Position numbers and translations under genes: made by a program. A stretch of 64,000 nt of DNA from Eledone cirrhosa (lineage: Eukaryota), in NCBI GenBank assembly GCA_964016885.1, contig OZ024742.1, forward strand, positions 110,794,001-110,858,000. The letters are read 5' to 3'. Numbering within the stretch: the stretch's first letter is position 1; each line of letters starts with the position of its first letter. The notes below the pieces were generated by a model. That model was not told the origin of the DNA. It ran no database searches and worked only from the letters and a program-made list of their open reading frames with translations. Of the stretch, positions 54,690-64,000 are shown one piece after another.

Positions 54690-57600
54690 CAGATCACTAT
54701 TAGTAGCACCACCACTGATACGATCATCACAATTGCCATTCCCACTCCTACCAATAACAACTTCATTATCTTCAATATTACCACCACACTCCTCCACTTC
54801 CTTCAAAAATAAAATTGCCCTCATAAGCACCATCACTCACTCACAAGAATCATCACTACCACCACCACCACTACTATCACCACCACTACCACCACCTTTA
54901 CCACGACGACGACCAACACCACCACCAACATTCTCCAAACCACACACAGAGTGACCATCAATACACTAACCATCTCTATCACCATATCTAGAATAAAAAA
55001 AAGAAACTATCACTATGATGATCACTAAAACTAACAAATAGAACGCCACGAGAAAAATTCCTACCTCCTCCATCATCACCAACAAGAATCATCACTATCT
55101 CCAATACCATCACACATACCAATCATATCATAAGCAACACTTCCACCATCACCAACTACGACCACAATGACTATCATCATGGCCAATATCTACACCATAA
55201 AGAAATGACAATATAAGTACTATCATAACCACCGCCATCATTTTCACCATCATTATCAGTGGATTGGCAGTATCGGTAGAGAGTCGGACACAATGCTTTG
55301 AAGCATAGAGTTACGTCCCTTTATGATCTGAGTTCAAATCCCGCCCAGGTTAACTTTGCCTTTCATCCTTACGGGGTCGATAAAATAAAGTACCAATAAT
55401 ATACTGGGTAATTGCTGGCCTTGTGCCTAAAATAGAAACAATTATCATCACTAACAACAAAAGTATCACAGTATCGCTGTCAGTAAAATCAACATCATCC
55501 TCATCGTCAAGCTCAATATGATCAACACTATCACAAACACCATCACCATGAACAAGAGAAGTCTCTGCACATCGATCCGCATGCAAAAAACAACAACCGT
55601 ATCTCCCTTCCAATATTAACATTTAATCATTAAAAAGAGGCCGGAACACCAGGCGAATGATACATTTTCTTCGCATTTTTTAGCGCGTGCAAACCCCGAT
55701 GTAAAATAATGGCAGAAAAAATTTCTGCAGAAAGGGGTTTAAAAGGATTCTTAAAATGATAAATTTCTCTCCAAAATTTTAAGATAATAAAAAGCACTCT
55801 ACAAAAAAACCTTTATATACAGATAGTCTTTTTCAGAAATAACAACATCTGCAACAATAACAATTAAAATAAGTCGACGGTTATCCCACTTTCTAGCACG
55901 AACTGTCCTCACGGAAAACTATTTATAAATAAACGTTTCACACACTAAAATAAGCTTTGTAAACACAACATAAAATAGTTTTAAAATTCTGCCATACAAC
56001 ACTAACGGCAATAAGAACACCTTTTCCGAAGCAAAAGATGTTATCATCCCTGACGACATATATATCGCAATAATTCTGTTACAGTTTTTACTACTAGAGC
56101 ACCGAACATCCACGATCGCAAACTCTACTCACAACAGACAAAATAGACACTTTTACAATGGGCGTTCTCTTTTAAGATATATAAAATATTCCAGTAGTTA
56201 TAATATAGATATTACAAAGGACAATCGCAAACTATCAGAGATGGGAAATGAAAATGCATCGCTTTGCTAGATAGCTTACTTGTTCAAACATGTTTCTGAT
56301 TTCATTATCTTCTCAGAGAGAAAAAGAATATTACAAACCTATGCAACAATATATAACTGAGACTAACTCTGAGAGAGTCCATTGCTCTCACCTCTGCTTT
56401 GGCCAACAGCAGAATCGACGAGCGTAAAGGAGATTGCATAGACTACGATATGACCGGTATGACTATAGACTACGATATGACCTAATAAAATAAATGCTGG
56501 CGTCTGAAGTATAGTCCTCGACTAGGCGATTATTTAGTATACTTAGAAGAAGAATAAATGGGTCATGCCAAGTCGTCCAACCGATTCATGGGCTTTAAGA
56601 TTGCTAGACCATGACTGACCTAAAGTTACAGAATAGCAACTGCACCCTTCACACAACCACCAACACAAATACCAACAACTCGAACAATAACAATATTATC
56701 TCTACTACAATCACCAACACACATCTATCACCAACACCAACACTGCATCTACCAAAACCAGCAACACTCCAGCATCAACATCACATAGAGCCAGGTTGTG
56801 AGATACTGAGACGTTCATCGACCTACTAGAAATGTTAAATAAATCCCCCAAAATCACCCCACCAACTTCTGAAAAGAATTTAAGGAAGTTCTGTATAAAA
56901 AAAAGATACAAAATATCTATTCAAGCTATGAAGGAAATGCCTTTCGCCATGACCTCACCAGAATCATAAATACCACAACAACCTCTACTAACGTCACAAT
57001 ATTCATCACCACCAGCATAACATCACCATTGTCATCATCACTACCATCACTCATCATGTCAAACATTTTACATCGCTCATCATCATCCCATCAACATCAG
57101 CATGATCATCACCATGACTCACACAATCAAATTCATTATGATAAACCCAATCAACACCATCATCACTATGATTTGCACTAATCTGACAATATCTATTATC
57201 CCTGCTCTCATCAGAAACATCACCGCTATATTGAAGATAATGTTAACAATCCCAAACATCATCTCCACCACCACTATCAACACCACTATTTTCATCATCG
57301 GTATTCTTAAGTATAAAGAGTATTATCACTATCACCACCACCACCGTCAGAATCAATAACATCAACAAAACCAACAATAGCCATAGCTCCACCAACACAA
57401 GAATAATGACCATTATAGTCAACCACCACTTCCGCCTTCACAACCACCGCCGCGGTCATCAGCGGTTTATCATCTCGACCGCGCTAGCCAGCAGTATCAC
57501 CACCAATATCATCACGATGATCATACCCACTACCACCATCATCACCAGCATCAATTTTATCCTCCCTACCATTATTATCATGACCACTAACACCCAATCA

Positions 57601-58360
57601 GTGGCGAATTGGCAGAATCATTAAAGAGTCAGATATAATATTTTCCGGCTCTCTGTTCAAATCCCAACGATGTCAACTTCATCTTTCATGCTATCGTCAT
57701 GGATAAAGTACCAGTCTAGTAGTAGTGTCAAAGCTTCCTCTATATTACCTTCTCAATTCCTCTGTGTTATTCTCTGAATCTCTTGTAGAAATCGGCTGTG
57801 TTCTAGCCTGGAAACGGATGTGTTCCACCAGGTTTAAATTTCCAAAATATTTTACTGCGAATGTCACAACAGTGATCCCACGCTTCAACCATGAGTTACA
57901 GTTCCATACATACATATCAATCACTCATATCATCACGGCCTTAATGATATTCATCACCACCAGTCATCAACACCTGTCATCACAACCATCATAATGATAA
58001 TCATCATAATAGGTACCACCACCATCATCATTATCGTCATCAATATCATTATCATATTAAAGAATGTGATCTCGCTGCCGCCGCCGCCGCCGGCGCCCCC
58101 GTGGCGCCCCCGCCGCCATCGTCGATCGCTAAACCCCTATCATCACTACTATCATCATAATAATGATCTTCAGTGCCACCACTATCATCCCCACCTCACC
58201 TGTCATCAGCAATATCATAATTATAACCATCATACACACAATACAGTCGTCATCATATTGATCATCACCAACATCAACAGTCCTATCATTAAAGTCATCA
58301 GAATCACCATAACGACCTCTATCTCGAATCACCACAATCACCAGAATCACCATCACCATA
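54690..58360. repeat. Degenerate (CAT/CAC/CAA)n low-complexity tracts
   Basis: Long decayed trinucleotide arrays at ~54690-55600 and ~56640-58360; source of the I/T/H-rich ORFs. Confidence 0.8.
55259..55445 (+). mobile_element. SINE family A copy, full length
   Basis: Nearly identical to 42248; inserted in the (CAT)n tract. Confidence 0.9.
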
Positions 58361-59637
58361 TTCCCTCCTTTTCTCTCTCTGCTTCTTTCTCTCTTTCTCT
58401 GTCCTTCTCTCTTTCTTCTGCCTTCTCGCCTTCTTTCCATTGGATATCCATCAAGAACTGAAAGAGTGAAATGTTTATACTGAAGTCTGTTTGTTAAACA
58501 GACAGGAATCTCTCCCCCAGGACACCAAACAAATAATTCTCATTCTTTCCTCTTTAGACACAAGCAATCGACTAACTGACCCAAGCCTACACCGTATTCT
58601 TCAGATTTCGTTTATTTCAAACTCCCATAAGACTTCCAAATATATGTCTATTATACTAAAACCCTCTAAGTGTTGAATTCCACAACACGCAACTCACGAG
58701 AGAACAGTCGTTTATTAGTAGTTATCCGGTATCATACAATTCAACATTTCTCCTTCTTCCCATTCCTTCTCTTCCCGCAAGGCAACCAACAACCATAATG
58801 TTACGATCAAAAATTTTACATTGAATATACAAACATCCACATACAAACACACACTCACACACACACACACACGCACACACACACATACACACAATGACAC
58901 ACACATATATATATATGTGTATGTGTCTATGTGTATATATAAATATATGTGCGTGTATGTGTATTTATACATACATATATATATATATATATGTGTGTGT
59001 AAGGTATTTATAATTTCTTTTTCAATTTACGGGGAAATTGATATTTCTGGCATATTTGCATGTCTGTATATTAAAAATGTGTATCTATATATATACATAT
59101 TGGCGCACTCTCGCCTACCCATACTGTATATATACAGATAAAACTTTCTCGTACTCTTAGGCTGCTTCATGGTGTTCTTATATTACCTTAATTGAATAAT
59201 ATATATATATATATATAATGGAAAAATTTGAACAGGAACAAAACAGAGAGGCAGTACAACGAATGTTTATTAATTTCACGCTCTGGAGAGTGGGGTGGTG
59301 GTGGGGAACGACGTTTTGGGCATAAGCCCTTCCTCAGGTGAGAAGTGTGTGGGAACAGAGTTTAAAGGGTGTGTAGGGGAGTGGTGGAGAGACATATAGC
59401 GAAAGGAAACGGTGCGAATGAAATTAAAAATAAAAATAAAAATAAAGCATGATCAAAATACAAGGAATGAAATAAAATTAAATATAAAAGCATGATCAAA
59501 ATAAACTGAAATTAAAAAGGGGTAAAACAGGTGGTGGAAGGGTGTGGAGTGTGTAGGCGTGGTGGCGGGTGGAGTGGGGAGAGGGAGACGGGGTGTCCGA
59601 GCGGGGAGGGCTGAAGGTGGTGTGTGTGTAGGTGTAC

Positions 59638-59668
<31 letters not shown>

Positions 59669-59713
59669 AAAGTAAGGGTTGGGGGAAGAACGGGGTTGCA
59701 TGTTCAGGAAGAG

Positions 59714-59744
<31 letters not shown>

Positions 59745-60599
59745 TTGTAGTTTGGAGTGTCTGTGCGTGTGTGGATAGAGGAGTGGGGGAGAGGAATCAG
59801 GAGGTTGGGGGTGTAAATATGTGGTGGAAAGCACGTGTGTGTGGGGTTTAAGCGTGTTGTGGGTGTAGGTGGCGTGTGGAGAAAAATATTTTTTGGGGGT
59901 GTGTGTGTGGGTAAGTTATATATAGGTGATTCCGTAAGAGGATGGTTGAAAAGTTGGTAAATTCCTATGATGTTTAGTAGATTCCGTGGTGGTCAAGTTC
60001 CACATACGAGTATTCCATGAAGAGATGGTCGGAAGAGGAGAGATGTGGGGTGCGCGCGCAACAGGAAGTGGTCAAGCAGTGGGAGTGCTGTGTGTCTGTT
60101 TGTGCTGGGAGGTGGTCAGAGGGCATGGCAGCAGTCGGTGGAATGGTAAAGGGGCGAGGATGGGTAGGTGTGAAAGTTGGAGTGAGGAGGGTGTGTGTGT
60201 GTGTATTAGTAGAGGTGTTAGTGGGATGAGTGAGTGTGGAGCGAGGGTGTGGGTGGAGCGGGGAGAGAAGGGTGTGTGTAGTTCTATGGAGGGAGTGTGG
60301 TGTACTGGTGTGTGTGTAGTTTGATGAAGGGGGTGTTAGTGGGTGTTAGTATACGGGAGGTGGGGAAGGGTTGAATGCAGGTGTGAGTGGGGGTTAGTGG
60401 TGGTAGGGTGTGTAGAGTTGGTGGTGTACGAGGGTGTGTGGGATAAGTGTGGGGGGAGGGGGGAGGTTGAAGGCTAAAGGAATAAGGGTGGGGAGTTCAG
60501 GCCGGGGGGAGTGTGGGTCTGTAAGATGAAGATAGTTCTTTGTTCGACTCTAAGGCGATTGGCGGGTGTTCCGTGGCATTGGATACATATATATATATA

Positions 60600-61000
60600 C
60601 ATAGGAAAGTTGGTTGATCAGATAATTCACCAACGTTTGTAAAGCACTCTACGATTTGTATTCCTTAAAATGTTATTAATAAGATATCAATAAGTGTCGA
60701 CATTATAATTGAAGAGAGACGGTTTTGAATATACATCCTCTGTTTTTTATATAATCCTGTTATGCGTATTTCGAAGACGTCAAAGTGATTGCATAATAAC
60801 CCTTTGACGTGTTCTCTGCAGAGAGGTGGGAAATTGTGCTGTTTTTTGTTTTTGATATGTTATTGGAGTTATTAGCGTTGTGATAGCATTCCACTCCAGC
60901 AGTCATATGGTTTCGGTGGCTATTATAGCAGGCAGATAGAACGCGGGAGACGCTATTCTTGCTGACATTCTTGGGATGGTAAGAAGGTTAAGGTATCAAT
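60600..61000 (-). mobile_element. Hammerhead-bearing element with mutated core, same family as 18911-19247
   Basis: Minus strand 60755-60826: CTGCAGA GAACACGTCAAAG...CTTTGACGTCTTC GAAA TACGCA TA. TA-flanked. Confidence 0.6.
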
Positions 61001-61218
61001 ATATATATGATATTATATTTGTGGATGGTAATTTTGCCCATTGCACCATATAACTTTAACTTTATCTTTATTCTTCCGTCAAAGTTCTTTCGTCATACCA
61101 ATCTCAATGACAATCGATTCTTTTTACCTCTTCTTTTTCTAGTCATACATTTCCATTTCATTTTGTCGTTATACCGTAATTTGGTTCTGTGTTACATGTT
61201 TGTGCATGCCTTTGCATC

Positions 61219-61348
<130 letters not shown>

Positions 61349-62156
61349 GTGTTTGTCAAGTCTATGAGTCTATGTGTGGTTTAAGTGTGTGCGGGATTTT
61401 ATCGATAGCTGTTTTGCTGTTTGTATCTTTCTTTGCTGTCTTTTTCTTCATCTCTCTCTCTTCTTATTTTATCTTCAGTCGTATATAGTAGAGGTACATA
61501 TCATATTCAACATAAAAAAACAAGATGGCTGAACGAGAGAACGTGAACTAGAGCTAGAAGTTAGAATGAATTTTATGTTATTTTTATGTTATTTATCGTG
61601 GAGTAAAGAGCTAATGCACACGTGATTATAAGCTAAGATGTATGTAGCATATTAAATAAACCGGATACTCAAATAAGTTGATAATTACTACTACATGTGA
61701 AATAATAATGAACATAATGATACTAATTCTTTCTTGCATTAGCACCAGTTATATTTATCACAATTATTTTGATCCCAGTACCCAACTTATACTATACTTT
61801 ATCGACCCTGGAAAGATGAAATTCAAATTTGAACCTGATGGGATTTGAATTCAGGAGATAGAGAACCGGTTAATACCATAAAGCAGTCTATTCGACACTA
61901 ACAACTCACTGCTTCAGTTGAATACCGCAGTACTACCAATAATAATAATTGTTTCATTTTTGTCTCAAAGCCATCAATTTGAAGGAATGGGAAAGTTTAT
62001 TACATCGGCACCATTGCCTTACTAGTGCTTTTTTAAGTATGAACGATAAAGCCAACCTCACCCGTATTTGAAATCCGAAAGTAAAGGGCCGTAACTATAT
62101 TCCACAAAGCAATGTTTCCGACATTTTACCAATATTGCTGACCCATCCCTCTAATG

Positions 62157-62203
<47 letters not shown>

Positions 62204-62209
<6 letters not shown>

Positions 62210-62652
62210 ATTAAATAAATGGAAAACTATATTTATAAAACCATATCTATTTCATTATATATATTTCGGGGATATCATATTAACAATATGCTATGCCTTC
62301 ATCAGACAAAATACAATATAAACAGTTTTATAGATAAATATATTCGACATACCGTAATAAACATCAACTTCATTTGAAGAGGTTTACGCTAGCATCAAAT
62401 GAAGTTGATGTTTATTACGGTATGTCGAATATATTTATCTATAAAACTGTTTATATTGTATTTTGTCTGATGAAGGCATAGCATATTGTTAATATGATAT
62501 CCCCGAAATATATATAATGAAATAGATATGGTTTTATAAATATAGTTTTCCATTTATTTAATATTGTAAATATACTCCAAATATTTGTCGAGTGCTTTTA
62601 TATCAGTTATAAATATTTACTAGTTGTAACCCAACAATTTTAAATATAACTT

Positions 62653-62658
<6 letters not shown>
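62204..62658 (+). mobile_element. Non-autonomous PLE-type palindromic element with hammerhead
   Basis: 174-bp inverted arms at 62204-62377 and 62395-62568, a 17-nt spacer, a ~90-nt tail and (TA)n flanks. Confidence 0.85.
62459..62524 (+). ncRNA. Minimal type I hammerhead ribozyme (mirror copy on minus strand ~62248-62313)
   Basis: TATTTTGT CTGATGA AGGCATAGCATATT-GTT-AATATGATATCCCC GAAA TATATA TA^ATGAAATA. Stem I is 8 bp with two G.U pairs and stem III is palindromic. Confidence 0.8.
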
Positions 62659-62683
<25 letters not shown>

Positions 62684-62684
62684 A

Positions 62685-62909
62685 GTTTTGCGAGGTTTTT
62701 GATATGAAATCGTGTGTCGAAACAAATATTGTTATACTTGGGGAGGGTCATATTTGTGTAATATTGCCAGAATTAATAACAGAACACACTCACTGTTTGG
62801 TTGGTTTTCGCTTTTCGCTTCTCTGACACAGAAGCGAAAAGTGAAAACCAACCAAATATTAATTCTGGCAATATTACACAAATATGACCCTCCCCAAGTA
62901 TAACAATAT
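62685..62909 (-). mobile_element. Short palindromic relative of the 51342-51710 element, truncated before the hammerhead
   Basis: Inverted repeat 62726-62909 beginning ATATTGTTATACTTGGGGAGGGTCAT. The left tail GAAATCGTGTGTCGAAAC is the reverse complement of the 51654-51675 tail, with mismatches. Confidence 0.75.
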
Positions 62910-64000
62910 ATATATATATATATGTATATATATAATCAGCAGAAGAACATGTGCACAATTATAAAAGACGGGCAGCAGCAACTTTAGTTTGTCAGTCACC
63001 TTGCTGGCTGTACAGTTTTGCGTATTAAGATGATGCCAATTTGTGTAATGGATCGGGTGAGATACATGTAAGATTGTAACAAATCAAAGAAAGGTTAGGA
63101 AAATTTACAGGAGTCTTTCGACAAAAAGTGAGGGATATGTAAAAAGTTACGACTAGAAATACATGAATAACCGACTGTGCATGTGTGTGTGTGAAACACG
63201 AGTCGCTGCAAGCAGGAAACAATTGACTTTAGGTGATGAGTTGTGGTTGGGTATGGAGTGGAGAACAAAATACCGAATGCATGGCCTTGAGCTAGGAGGA
63301 AGTATACAAGCGAAATATGGTGAGAGAAATAAGAAAGGAGTGGAGGAGAAGTAAAAAGATGGAATGAGAGAACAAAGGAAAAATAGAAAAAGGTGTCACG
63401 CAAGTAAAAACATATATAGCAATTCATAAAAATAGATGCGTGTTAACCTGAACATTCACGCTAATACACATATATAATCCCCCTTCCTACCTTTCTAGTG
63501 CACCAATCTTGATTCACTGAAACTATAGTTATTTCCAAAGGTTGACTGAGGAGAAATGACTCTCCGTTCTCTTTGTCATGTGCACCCAATGTTTTGGATT
63601 CATATTAGAAAATCTCAGCCACGCGTGATATTTTAAAGCTAACATATAATAGAAGTTACAGCACCCGGTGTGTTTTCCTCCATTCCCCACTCCTACCATT
63701 TCTGTGTATCTGTGTCATTTTCCTTCATCTATATATTAGACTGTAGTTCATATACATATTTTATTTTTCCATTCCTCTCTTTTTTTAATTTTCTCTCTTG
63801 GCTAAGCTAAAAAACACCGTTTCTATTTCCCTCTTACTTTTCAGTTGATGCAGTTTGGTTTTAGCATTTTCCCTCTTTATTGCGTAATTTGAAAATGAAA
63901 GGACCTTATGTGATATTGAGTACTGCACCAAACAATTTGCACCTGCTCACACTGCACTTTAAATTAGAGAATTTCTGGCAACGAAAAGCTTTACCACTCT

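Noticed and set aside
57430-57465. CTGATGA on the minus strand as a hammerhead core
   Set aside because: No GAAA or stems follow; it is a chance match in a (CAT)n-rich tract.
59915-59965. LYIGDSVR as a GIY-YIG motif
   Set aside because: It is short, followed by stops, lacks flanking motifs and is opposite in strand to the nearby hammerhead-like motif.

Overview
This is AT-rich, microsatellite-dense eukaryotic intergenic or intronic DNA. The SINE family and the (TA)n/(CA)n/(CAT)n load suggest an octopus-like mollusc, which is an inference. I see no convincing host protein-coding gene, and almost all ORFs in the track are translated microsatellites. The window is a mosaic of decayed transposons: Penelope-like (PLE) GIY-YIG and RT remnants, CRE-, R4-, Tx1/L1- and CR1-like LINE fragments, about 10 good copies of one tRNA-like SINE plus a second SINE family, a Tc2-like MITE, a hAT MITE with an 8-bp TSD, and Helitron/Helentron-like pieces. 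The main signal is a set of unrelated short non-coding elements sitting in (TA)n tracts. They share one plan: an inverted duplicate arm, a sense unit with a minimal type I hammerhead ribozyme, and a 60-130 nt tail. Seven hammerhead types are intact or nearly intact, several more are decayed, and many cluster in a 5-kb hotspot at 49.1-54.2 kb. One family is a ~530-bp fold-back with a hammerhead core on each strand that appears to have spread as a whole hairpin. Another has a ~115-nt G.U-rich stem II. All structures were folded by eye, with no database searches.
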